DNA from: Glaucostegus cemiculus
Taxonomy: Eukaryota
Direction of reading: 5' to 3'
Assembly: GCA_976551045.1 (NCBI GenBank)
Contig: CDPCPM010000280.1
Location: forward strand, 3,286,001 to 3,350,000
DNA length: 64,000 nt
This document shows, piece after piece, positions 25,450 to 37,516 of the stretch. The notes under the pieces are model-generated. The model did not search any database, had not been told where the DNA came from, and saw only the letters and a program-made list of their open reading frames with translations. How positions within the stretch are numbered: the stretch's first letter is position 1; the number at the start of each line of letters is the position of its first letter. A program made the position numbers and the translations under genes.

Positions 25450-26350
25450 TCCAATGCCTATAATGATAAAATTCAACTTCCTGTCACAGGGACAGCTGCA
25501 GCATAATGTATCAACAGATAGATAGGAAAGGAAAATGTATTTCCAAATGGGAATGTTGTGTGATTTTGAATCCAGTCTGTACATATTAAAATTCACAAGT
25601 GACAGCTCCCTTTATCTTTTTAGATATTACAGGCTGAGGCATGAAAAGCAAAAAAAAACACTAGATGCTGGAAGTTTGCGGAAAGAGAAATAGAGTTAAC
25701 GTTTCAGGTTGAAGAACCTTTGTCAGGTTGAGGCATCTTTTTTGTGCCAGTGAGATGGCTTCCAAAGATGTTGTCCTCCAGTGAGAAAAATGCATTCCTT
25801 GCAGGCACAAGATATAAATTGGACTGCTGCACATAGCCTGAGTAGTTTATTGGGCACATGCTGTGCAGTGGGTTGCTTCTGCTTAATGAGATTGATCATT
25901 ATCTTTGGGCTGCACTCCAGGAGGCAGGTAAAGAGAACTATTTGGTGTCTTTGAACTGAACAGGCAGAGACAGATAGAGGGCATTGTTCAGCATCACTGA
26001 GGCTACATTTTTGAGATTAGTGTCTTTGAAACTGTAGGTAACTGTTACCAAAACCAACAAGCCTTTGAGATGGTGAAATTTCTTTGCAAAGTAAGGAACT
26101 TACTTTAACTCAAAAATATGCAACCTTCAACATATTTTCATAGCCACAGTAATTAAAGAATATGGTAAGGTAATTTTCTGCTCAATGGTGATCCCAGGAT
26201 ATCCCTGCTGGGAGAATGGGAAATGGTCAGGCTGCTGAATGTCAAAAGTAAAATGGTATGGCTCCCTCTTCATGTACTGCCAGGCAATAGTGCTGTTGAA
26301 GGTAACTTGCCATTTATTATTTCCAGTCCAAGTGGTGGAAAGATTTACTG
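25450..26350 (-). mobile_element. Old CR1-clade LINE fragment (same family as 6920-8556)
   Basis: ctcaatggtgatcccaggatat and ggtaacttgccattt are reverse complements of the gtcaccattgag and caagtaacatt segments at 7.8-7.95 kb. Confidence 0.55.
25643..25727 (-). mobile_element. About 85-bp PLE mini-element (hammerhead plus tail) with target-site duplication
   Basis: Minus strand cCTGACAA-AGGTT-cttc-AACCT-GAAACGTT-aactc has a perfect 5-bp stem II. Flanked by caggctgaggcat (25630-25642) and caggttgaggcat (25724-25736). Confidence 0.75.
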
Positions 26351-28388
26351 GATTTGGGTATACACTACCTCAGTGTTTAAGGTACAAGGTGGTGGAATGC
26401 TTCAAGTGAATTGTAGAGTGGTAAGGTTTGTCTGATAGTATGCCTTTTCTTTAAAGTCTCTCACCTTCCTTCTCTTCCTGTCCTCCTCCTCCTCTTTTTC
26501 TGCTTTCTACAGTCACTTTTCTCCTACTCTCATTGTGGTGAAATTATGTGGTAAACAGCAGTCAATGCCAAAGTGTGAAACCTTTCCTGGAGTTCTGCAG
26601 AGTGCTCCCTGAGTGAATCAGACAGTAGAATCTCCACCTGCGCACCCTGTTGTACTGTCCATTTAGCTTCAGGTTGACCTGAGCCTGTGATTGTAACTGA
26701 ATTCTCCAGGACAAACAGCAAACCAGACCGCCATAAGGAGCCAAGGATAGAAGTGACATCTGTTGTGTTCCCCAAGAATCATCTGACTGTCCAGCATGAT
26801 GTCTGGAATATAATGATACTAGCACACTACCTAATAATGATCGCACTCTGTGAAGTCCCCATGCATGGCATTAACCAAGAGGATTTTGTTGGAGCCTAAA
26901 AAATGTGCTCTATGTTTACATATGGAGTCTTTTTTTTATCTCCTTTATCTCTTGTTTGCCTAGAAACTGGACTTTAGCATTTGAGGTGCACTAAATGGGT
27001 GCTGATTATTACACTAACCCCAAATCAGAAGTCCTAAAGAAACTTCAGCAAATTCAAACAGTCTTCCTCTAAGAAATCATCATTGTGGCTTGCTCCCATT
27101 TAGAGCAATACAATTCGACTGGTGCATTTGACAGGTGGTGACTGCTTGCTTGATGGGCAGTTGCTGCTTCATTTGTGTGTTTATTCACAGGAGCTTTTAA
27201 AGAGATCTGCCAATTACAGCTATCACGGAAATGAGGAAGAATGGGGAGGGAACGTGGAAAATGGAACTTATGACACTTGGTTCCAGCGGTTGACCCACCG
27301 CACACACCCTTCTTTCCCCCTGCATCAATGAAGCAGGCCCAATGACATCCCATGATCACGGATAAGCCCAGGTCCTGTAGTTAATCAGCAGCATCAGGTC
27401 ACAGACGGAGGAGTCTGTGAATTACTCTTACTGGTTCACAAAGCTTCGATCTTTACAGAGGCCTGCTGACACCTTTTTTTTGAAAAAAATCTTTCAAAGG
27501 ACTTTTTGAACATAAAGCCATAACCTAAGGGATGCTTTAAAATCATGCATGGTTCACTACTGTCAGTGTGATGTACTTTCCATTTTATGATGAGTTAATC
27601 ACAAAGGTTGTAGATTGTGACCTATTGTTAAATAACTACGAGTATGTTGTTCACATTGATGACTTCATCATAAACATGGAATATGTTGGGTGAATAAAAC
27701 TTGAGTTAGGGTGAATCTCACTTGGAAGTGGCTGACTGTAATTCCTGATGGGCAGGACTTCTGCTGGGAATGGGTAAAAAATCTTTGAAACTTTATATGT
27801 AATTTATCAATACAAACAGATGCTAAATTAATTGATTCTTTATCCATGGGCACTGAGATGGTGGATCCTCATTCTCACAATGCATTATGTGGTTTAATAC
27901 TGATATGTGTTAAATAGCTTAATTTTGAGATTCTCTTCCCTTTTGAATTCCCATATTGGAGGAAAAAATGATACCCTGTTGATTTTCTGAATTTCTTTTT
28001 TTCATAAATATTGTTCTCATTTATTACCATAGTGTATTGTTAAAAATTGTATTTATAATGTCTGTATCTTCTTGTGATTTGAATCACTAGGCTAGGTTGC
28101 CCTCCAGCACCTCAACTGCATGGCTATTTTTCATGTGTGGGTTTATGTGTCAGCTAGCTATTTGACTGCTTGGGGAATCATATTCTTGACCTTACACAGA
28201 TTTAGTCAAATATTTGGTTACTTCTCAACAGCACCACTGGATGACACACAGTCCTGGGACCACTAAATACTAAAAAAAAATTGCATTTCAATTACATTTC
28301 TGTTGATGAAATTGGAAGTAAATACACAATGATTGTGACCGTCATTAATGGTCCCATTGTGAGACAGGAACAAACAGATAAAAAGTAG

Positions 28389-28578
28389 GTGAGGCAGCAC
28401 CAGCAGAAAAAGTGTAACAGAATTAACATTTCAGGTCAGAGACCACTTATTGTGACAATGAGTCTGCAATCTGAAATGTTAACTCTGTTTCCCTTTTCTC
28501 AGATGCTGCCTGCGTGTTTCCGTCTTTTTTGTTGTTTTTATTTCAGATTTCCTGCACCTTCAGCATGTTTTAACTTTT
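28389..28578. mobile_element. PLE-derived inverted-repeat element with perfect 14-bp target-site duplication
   Basis: Arms 28416-28434 and 28471-28489 are 18/19 complementary. Flanked by cagataaaaagtag at 28375-28388 and 28579-28592. Confidence 0.8.
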
Positions 28579-28769
28579 CAGATAAAAAGTAGTTTTTGAG
28601 AAGCTGACCTATTAGTGTGACAGTAAAATATACAAAGCTGGACTATATTATTTTAAATTATATTCAACACAATACTCCTGCCACTATCATTTGTTCAGTT
28701 CCCTATCTTCCCCTTCATTGACTTTAAAATGCATGTCTTCTTTTGAAAGCATCTTGAAGACCTCAGCCT

Positions 28770-29050
28770 ACAGAACCCTCCATGGCCTAATTTGTGCCCA
28801 ATAGCTACTGACTCCAGCCTTTAGTCTGTCACATCACGTTTTGCTAATAGTGTGTTCAGACATCATGGTTTTTGCATTCAGCCCTTCAAATTCCACTTGT
28901 TACCTCTTTTGTCACTTACAAATGCCTCCTTCTTGACATACCTTCACTCACCTTTTCACAACTCTCATTGAATGTTTCTGTCTATTCAACTTTGGAGATC
29001 CTCACAGCTATGGCCGTGATGAAAAATGCTTTTCGATTACTATTATTGGG
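28770..29050 (+). mobile_element. Possible very old L2 3' fragment
   Basis: Weak resemblance to an L2 3' end (ccctccatggcct...ctttggagat...gtgatgaaaaatgctttt). Confidence 0.3.
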
Positions 29051-29229
29051 AGTGGATGGATCCCTATGCATTGGGACTGCACTGATCCCTGTCCAATTGG
29101 TTGCAGATTAAGAGGTTGGGAAATAGCTGGGAAACTGCACAAACTAGTGCATTAAACATACTTAAACCATGAAACAGAAACTCATCCTTGATCCCCACAT
29201 AAAATGACCATATTTTCACTTTTCCTTAT

Positions 29230-29512
29230 GACATGGAAGGAGGCCTCTCCAGCCCACCAAGTGTATGCCAGCTCACAGAGCGATCACAGATTCTACCAGT
29301 CACTTACACATACTTGGGGCAATTTACAGTGGCCAAGTAATTTACCAACCCCAGTGTTTTTGGGGTGTCGGAGGAACCAGAAGACCTCGGCAAAATCTTT
29401 GCAGTTACACGGAGAACACGCAAACTCCACACAGATGACATTGGAGGTCAGGATTGAACCCAAGTTGCCAGAGTTGAGAAGCAGCAGCTCTACTAGCTGT
29501 GCCACTACCCTC
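29230..29512 (-). mobile_element. V-SINE (HE1-like), intermediate age
   Basis: ggggcaatttacagtggcca...acacggagaacacgcaaactccacacaga...ggattgaacccaag...tagctgtgccact is the reverse complement of tail, V-domain and tRNA head. Confidence 0.85.
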
Positions 29513-29879
29513 TCCTGAAGTTTGTTTTTTATTGAAATCATAGGACCATAGATTTTTATTGAAATTGGTCTGAATACTAATTCAAGACACTCAGAATATG
29601 TTGACAATCATAACAAAAATATGGGAAAACATATTTTAAAATAAAAGTTTTTCTCCTGAGCAGCCCCCTCCATGAAATCAGGCCCTTACACTTGTTTGAC
29701 CTCCAGTGAACAGTTCTTCAAAGATTTTTTAAATGGCAATTCTTTAAGGATAATTGCTTATCCTACAACAGATGAAGCTGTCCGATATTCCAGCTCCCCA
29801 ATCCTTGGAACAAACATGAATTCTTGAATGACCCAAAGCTACTTCAGTATTCAAGGTCAATTCACTCAATACTTCAAGA

Positions 29880-30085
29880 ACAGTGGCCTGATCTTTCAGG
29901 ACAGTACTGTCCATCCTATGAAGGCTAACATAGAAGAAGTTTTGAGCAGCAGCTAGAATTTTGCAATCTGGAGCAGGAACTGTGGCCAATTTAATGCCTT
30001 TCTCTCGTTCCAACTTGCTGAGTCAGACTGAGGCAGCCCAAGAATTATCCATCTGAGATCACTTAAATCAACACAGACCAAAAAT
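29880..30085 (-). mobile_element. Ancient SINE-like repeat with tRNA-like head
   Basis: Minus strand tggtctgtgttgatttaagtgatctcagatgg...ccacagttcctgctccagattgc. Related to 5045-5210 and 59605-59820. Confidence 0.45.
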
Positions 30086-30304
30086 CATGATCATTATTCT
30101 TTAAAAATAGAATGTCTCTCAAATGTTTCATCCATTCATTGTTATAATATGGGGGGAAAAAAGGAAGTTTTCAGTTCAGCAGTGTATGGCAAGAATATGT
30201 TTAGTACATTAAAATAAAAGAGTTTAGTCAATTATTTTGAAGTGGGAGTTCATCAGGTACCTGACCAAGTTAATCCTATGAAATCCCTTGGCTGTAGTGT
30301 CGCT

Positions 30305-30600
30305 TGATGGAATCTTATTTGTTTCAATAGGATCACCTCTCATTCTGCTAATCTCCAATGAGCATGGGCCCAACCTGTTCAACATTTCTGCATGAAGGAA
30401 CACTTCATTCAAGAATCAACCTACTGTACATTCTCTGAACTACCTTAAATACAAATTTGGAGATCAAAACTCCCCTACGATTGCACCAAACCCCTGCAGA
30501 TGTAACAAGGCTTCCCTGCTTTTATACTCCATCCATCCCCTTTATGATAAAGACCAACATTCCATTTGCCTACATAATCATTTGCTGTACCTGCATGCAA
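30305..30600 (-). mobile_element. CR1 ORF2 C-terminal fragment
   Basis: ORF 30224..30412 contains LNRLGPCSLEISRMRGDPIETNKI (CR1 L.RLGL.SLE.RR.RGDLIE.YKI motif). Confidence 0.8.
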
Positions 30601-33166
30601 TAATATATTAATTTAATTACACAGTGCTTTAAAAAATGCCTGGGTGATTCAATGCCTCAACCAAGATGTTTAGTTGAGTTAACAAATGTAATGGCTTGAA
30701 GGAATGCTCATGCCTTTTGCAGTAGCTGGCCACATTTTCAAAACAGATTTTTCTGACCACTGGCCAAGTGGCCACCCAGATATTAAAGGAGAAAATATCA
30801 AGCTGAGCGATAAGCGAGGTATAAATCTGAAACAAAATGCTTGTGGTAATGATTCCAACAGCTGTTAGCTTTTAAAAGAAAAGTCTCCCCACATTAAATA
30901 CAGTTGAATAACAGAGTCAACCCTCTAGAGAGGGATGCACTGAAAGCAGTAACACAATTGTGTTTTAAACACAAGTTGGGAAGTTGAACTATGATTATGG
31001 GGAAACAATAGCAAAAGAGCAGGAAATGCTAGGCTGTCTGCCAACTGGCTGCAAACACAGCTTCTTGCTTAGATGGTAACTTACAGTAAGTGGTGAGATA
31101 AGTTTTCTTGACTTTTTCAGCATCCCTATATCCATTTCACTTTGGACCTCAGCTTCAATCATTGTCCTTAACTCAAGCACCATCTCTGTAGTGGGAATTA
31201 ATTTCTTGTTCATCGAATTTATAATGGAACAGGGGGTGGGTTGGGATATTGTATGAAAGGAAAAATTCCCTGTGTACGTTGCATGGAACAAAAACCTGTA
31301 CATTAACAGCACACAGGGAAAGCTCTTCTCTTTATATTGGTTGTTGGGGACACCTTTTAATTTTGTGTATTTTTTAGAATATTGCTGTGTGGTGTTCACT
31401 AAACTATTTCTAGGGCCAGGATGAGTGTGGTTTGGGAGCAATTAAAACAGGAAGGGATAACATTATAGAAGAGAAAAATAAGCAAGGGACAGGCCAGCAG
31501 AGGTGAAAGAAGAAGACAAAAGTTTGGAGGAGGAAGAGAAAGAAAGTGAAAAAAAGGAGTGAGGGAATTGGAAAGGGAGGAGAAGTGAAGGAAATGGGGA
31601 TAACTGGAAGGCAGATGGGGCAGGAATTAGGCACAGAGAGAAATTTGTGTTGACAAGAGAAATGGGAAACTTGCTGAGTGAAAGTAACACCATTAAAAGT
31701 AAGAAAATAAAGATAAAATCTCTTAAATAAGAGGAATAAACTGCTGCTTCAAATAACTATTGCTCTTTGTTTCCCTTTCCTAGTTCTGATACTCCATGTT
31801 AAACATATTAAATCCCAGCAAACTTCATTCTCTGCAAAATTCTATTCTCAAGTTCAGCTGAAGAAACCTGTTCTCCTGCAGCCAATGTTTCTGTGGGCCA
31901 CACACCTTAAATTCATCAGCCGTGAAAATAATAGAATTATTTGTACTCCCAAAACCGTCAGAGTTCACTGCATCTGATGGGCTCTGTTGTACTTTGCCTC
32001 TGGCAATCTGATCCATCCTATTACTGGTGTGTCCTGAGTTTACAGTTGGATGAAAAGCCAGATATCAATAAAACCTGGAGCACCTGCCTGTAATCGCAAT
32101 GGACCTCTGAGGTTTTCTGAATTCAACATTTACGGTGCCTCAATAGTGACAGGATTCAACAACATGGAGTATCTGAGGGATGTTTATTACATGACAGACA
32201 TTAGGCACACATATTAATTGGTCAAAGGATGGCCATAAATTGGGAAAAGAGGCAGCCAAACAGCAAAGTGATTAAGATCAAACAGGTCACTACTTGAAAC
32301 AGAAAGATTTTTAGGATATATAACCTGGTTGAGGCCTGATATCACCAGTTCTGCTTTCACTATTGATGGCTTTGCAACTACAGAATTCTTCAGTTCTCAT
32401 TCAATCTTTTACTAAATGTTTGTCCTCTTCACCTGTGGCCTTAACACTGTCCATTGCCAAAAAAAAACACAGATTGGACAGGTGTAGAAACCTGATGACG
32501 ATGGCATTGACCATTTTGGGAAATAACACAAATGTTGGGCTTGAAATTCTTGTACATTCAGACAGGTACATTGGGTGGATGTTGATACAGATGTGAATGA
32601 TAATTCAGGCCACCTACTGCAAACCTCAATTTTGCCCATGGTCAATCCCAAGAATGGGTTCACAGAAGGGTCATGAGGACCCAATTATGCCTGTGTTGTG
32701 CTGGGTACAGTTGAGAGCAAGGCATCAAAGTTTGTGCAGTTGCTGTGGTTGTTGGAATAGGGGGAAAGGCATCAGAGCAGCCCTGTCACTGTGGTGTGTC
32801 AGAGGAAACATTATAGCCTGCATAGTCCCTGTTGTGAGGCAGATCGTATGGTCGAGGCCTCAATCAGGTGCTTCAGCAGATAGCAGAGTTGTGACTTCAG
32901 AGGGCTGGGAAATTGGAAGGTCGGCACCTGGGCCTCGGGTGATCGCTGGGTCAAGGAATCGGGAATTGGGACATTTGGGTCCTGATCCTCAGAGGATTCC
33001 ATTGTTGGGGCATTGGGACGGGGATTGGGGAGTGGTGGGTGGTTGTGCAGTGGTTTTTGGGTCAGAAAGGGAGGGGTACAAAGGATAAAAGCTGAGGAAA
33101 GGGCTCAGCTGATAAGAGTTGCACTGGAAAAAACAGGTTGTTCCATGTACGCCCAACAATGATTAC

Positions 33167-33206
33167 TTCCAGGAAAATATTTCTAGGAAAATATTATTTC
33201 CAGGAA
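33167..33206. promoter_or_regulatory. Three tandem GAS/STAT consensus sites (TTCNNNGAA)
   Basis: TTCCAGGAA 33167-33175, TTCTAGGAA 33181-33189, TTCCAGGAA 33198-33206. Motif match only, function untested. Confidence 0.35.
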
Positions 33207-34218
33207 ATAAGTTTCTTGGCAAAGCTCAAGACTGCAAGTTGACTCATGTTTTGAAGTGCAGGTAACACAGAAGAACTTGAAAATGATTGTCATTATGTCT
33301 CACTGCAGAAAAAAAACTGTTTTTCTATTCCACAACCGTAAAAAACAGCATTATGGAATTTAATTTTGAGACAGCAGTGTTTGAGAACTAGTAATTGTTT
33401 ATTGCTGAGCTTTGTTGGAATAATGGCATCCTTTGGCCTTGTACTGCCCCTTTCTCCCAATGTGCAGTGTTCACATCACTGAGGAGAGAAGCTGACAATG
33501 AGATGCAAAGGGGAAGGGAGATGTGTGTGTAACATATTATATGTCAGATTTCCTGTAAATACTTGACTGGTTTGAGCATCTACCAGGCCAGCACTCATAA
33601 ATAAACTTTATAATTGTTAAACTAAATTGCTGAAGTAGATAATTCTGCTTGTAATTCAATCTTTTTCTTTCTTCTCCCATCTGTCTCCTTCTTTGTGGGT
33701 TACTATCCGGTCACATTTTTTGCAATCATTCATCCAGAGAAAATGATTTGACTGATCTTGATTTTCTTTTCAAATGCATTGCTATTAAAATATAGCTCAG
33801 CACATTGAAGATCTCAAATATAACATTCGTCCCTGGAACGTGAGATTTGTATAGCACTAGATCTCCTGACAGATCAACACAGCAAGCTTCTCTGAGAGAC
33901 CTCTCATGTTCAGTCAGCATCTTGGATTAGCCTCAACAAAGATTAAATGAAATATAGTCTTGAATTTATCTAGGAAATCCCACACTGGCTCCAAGCTGGT
34001 TCGCATATAGAGATTTGACATAAACGATCTGAATACATAAATGAGCACTAAATAATATAAATTAACTGTTGTTTTAATCCTTAATTTCACAAGTTATAAC
34101 CTTCATTAGAGAGTACTTCTGGATCAAGTACTTTGTAGAGGTTCTCAGTATGGCAAGATAGGGCACCATGTATTGTGAGGCAGGATTTCAGGGGCTGAAC
34201 TATTAAAGGGCCACTACC

Positions 34219-34321
34219 TAAAATAAAAACAGAAATGCTGTAAGTACTCAGCAAGCTGGGCTGCATCCATGAGAAGAGAAACATCGTTAACATTTAGGCC
34301 AAAAACCCTGCATCAGAACTC
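34219..34321 (-). mobile_element. PLE mini-element (hammerhead plus tail type B)
   Basis: Minus strand gagtt-CTGATGC-A-GGGtttttggCCT-AAATGTT-aac...gatgcagcccagcttgctgagtacttacagcatttctgtttttatttta. Confidence 0.72.
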
Positions 34322-35104
34322 AGGGACACCATCTGCATGATGAAAGTGCTTGCAAAACAGTTTTAAATCACTCCAGTCTTCCCTTTGTCTGGGATTCATA
34401 CCTCTTCTTATAAATAAAATTTATTGCATAATATAGTAGGAGTCATAGGGAAAGCAGAATGACTGTGAAATCAGTGGAGGGTTATTATCCCCAATGAAAC
34501 GCCCACAGCTGAGCTTGCAGTGTTGTTGCATATATATATAACACAAATTATATCATCTGTTGGGCAGTGATTTTATTTGTGCCATTTAAAGTGCTTTTGT
34601 TTGTAAGATAATAAACATCTCCATAGTGTATGTGGATTTCCCATGACACGTGGAGTCAGGTGAATTGTTAGACAGAGAAACTGGATAGCACCAAAAATCA
34701 CATACTGGAACCACAATGAGTGATTAATTAGTGCCCATTTGATAAAATTTGTGCTGTAATTTCATTATGATGATTGTGGCAGTCTTCAGTCCAAATCCTG
34801 ACAATCTCAGATGAATGAAATTACCCTCAATGTAGTTCTTTCAAACCAGTCAATCTCTACAATACCAACATGCCTCCAAGTTATTGAGCATCCCTTTAAA
34901 TATGCAGACAGAGGGGTTCTTCCTGTTGCTCAATGGCAGGTTACCTATGAATAGATAGTACATGGTAGTAGATGGACTGTTGAAGCCAATTTGGTCAGGG
35001 TGGTGTCAAATGGGCATTGCTCAATGACTGATGTCATCAACTACCTAATCTGCATACTTCCGGCATGTGCACCAGGTAGTGCGCGTCAATAAAATCTTAT
35101 TCAT

Positions 35105-35860
35105 GAGCAGTCCCTTGGGATTAAGGAAGACTTACTACATTATAGTTTTGTGGGTTCTGAAGAGGTTACTGAGACAAATGTGTGTAGTTTGTGAGGTGAT
35201 GTGTTCATTCTGACATGTATGTGGGGCTTCTGTATGCTTCTGATGCACGGCCCTGAAGTTCTCAGACAAATGAAGCTGAGTGTTACCTGGGCTTCATTGC
35301 TGGGAATGTTTTCTGAGAGGACACGAACACTGATTCACTTATTCTTTCAGTGAACTTGGAGGATTTTGTGAAAGCAGCATTGGGGATATTTTTCCAGTGC
35401 TTTGAGATGCTTGATGTAGGTGGCCCAGGTCTCAGAAGCATATAAAGGACAGGAATTACTTTTATGTGGTAAAGCATAAGGTTTATGCCAAGTCTGAGCT
35501 CTTGGTCTTCAAATACCTTTTTCCTCAATTGACCAAAGTCTGTCCTGGCACATTGAAGGCGACAGGAAATTTTATCATCAATGTCTGCCTTCACCAAAAG
35601 ATCACTCCAGAAATATAGGAAGTGGTCCTTCCTTTTCAGAGTCACACGGTTAACCTTTGTTATAGGAGGGTAGTGTGATGCATTGGGGTCAGGTTGGTAG
35701 AGGATCTTGATCTTGGAGCTTAGCCTCTGAGGGTGCACAAACATAAGCATCATCTGTAGACTGCAGATTAGCTTCTGAGAACTAGGTGCCCTTGATACTG
35801 GAGTGTGATTGCCATACACTGAACAATTTCCCATTAGTTATGAAGATTAGCTCCACTCCC
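35105..35860 (-). mobile_element. RTE-clade LINE fragment, internally deleted
   Basis: ORF 35283..35834 has KILYQP...DHFLYFWSDLLVKADIDDKISCRLQCARTDFGQLRKKVFEDQELRLG...VIPVLY, matching the RTE post-RT region. Its 3' end resembles 22345-22450. Confidence 0.85.
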
Positions 35861-37516
35861 ATGGGTGCACAATAAAAATAGGCACGAGTGATTCACATTG
35901 ACAATTATAAGCAAATAGAACCTGAAGCACAGAGAAAAATAGCACCCTGCAGCCCAATTTCATGGCCTTTATCTGTTAGCTGCTGTTTGCTTTAAGCAGC
36001 TGAAAAACGTTGGAGTGTCAATTCTGGAGCATGCAAAAATAACAGATGTTGTGTTAAGAGATTCCTTTAGGACTGATGTCAAAGTAGCATTGTGCCCACA
36101 TTGTGCGTATTTGTGGATTACCACTTAAGACAGAAGCTATAGGAACTCCAGAGTGAGAGTCAGCTGGCCCTGCATGACTTTTTACCCATCTATTTACTGA
36201 AAGGTAAATCATCATGACCTCTATGCTCCGATAACCACAATACACACCTATTACGTGAAACACGGATATGTAAAATCTGGCCCATCTGTAATAAAGTTAC
36301 GATAGGCCATCACATTGCAGTAAAAGTTCAATGCTTCAGTACTGATTTTCTTGACACTTGCCTTTGAAATTCATCCTGATGCATGGAAACATACTTTCTT
36401 TGTGAATGTAAGTTATAGTAGATAATGGAATTTAGTGATATGTGATGGGATGGGTGAGAGGGATTTTCTACTATGCTAAAATTATAATTATATGGCTTCT
36501 GAATCCACACTTGTATCTTAAATCCCAGCTTCCTTCATCAGCTTCTGTGAAAGCAATATTTCCCTTGATATCTTCCAGAGGAGATTCTCAGGAATGTGTT
36601 GATATTTGTCAAGGCAGGGAAGGCAGGGTGAAATTTGTGGAGTTTATGGACATTTATAGGCCATTTCTCTGGCAGTATGCTGATATTTTGGGGATGGGAG
36701 GGAGGAGTGGTGCAGCCCAGGTCTGCCTGGTTATTTGTGTGGAGGTGATGCTGGGAATGAGTTGATGTTGTAGGACGTTGTGCAGCATTGTGATGATATT
36801 TGTGGGTGGAGAAAGAGGAGGATGGGGGTGGTCACAAGGAGGATAAAACAACATGGTTTCTAGGATAATCCTTCTTGGTAACACAGCTGAATTAAGCAAT
36901 CTTACTGTTCTGTCTGAAGGAGTCTCCTATTACTATTTTTGACCTGGTCCTGCTCTTCTATCTTTTATCTTTTCCTCCTTTCCAGCATATCTTCCCCCCT
37001 TGCCAAGCTGCTGGCAACATCAGCATTGGTGCCAAGTCATGAAGATCTAGCAAGCCACTATAAGTGTGGAACTCTTCTGAACTATATCTTACGGCATCTC
37101 CAGACTGATTCAAATATTGAGTCAGAACACCTATTGTGAGCTCAATAATCTTTTGTGCTCCTTCATGCCTCTCATTGTAGGATAGTTCAACATGCTGTGA
37201 AAATGATACAGTGATATTAGTAGCCAGAATGTCAGAGGGTAAACCTTGTCACTTAACAGCCTACCACTCACTAGTCTGGACCTGTAAGTCAAAAATTAAA
37301 TGCAGGATGCTTTTGTTAATCCATGAAGTACATAGCATAGAGTTCTGTTTCTACGTACTAATCTTGGAAATTTGGTGAATGGGGAATTCAGCACAGTGAG
37401 GAAAGAGGTGCTGTTTTTAAAACCAAGGAGCAGCCCAAGACACAGAGTGGGAGATAGCAAGAGCTGTGAGCAGGGATAAAGGAGCAAGGTGAAGTAAACA
37501 GACAGAGAGAAAAAAG

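Noticed and set aside
31440-31740. Purine-rich tract with hydrophobic minus-strand ORFs
   Set aside because: Low-complexity sequence. The F/L/S/P-rich translation follows from base composition.
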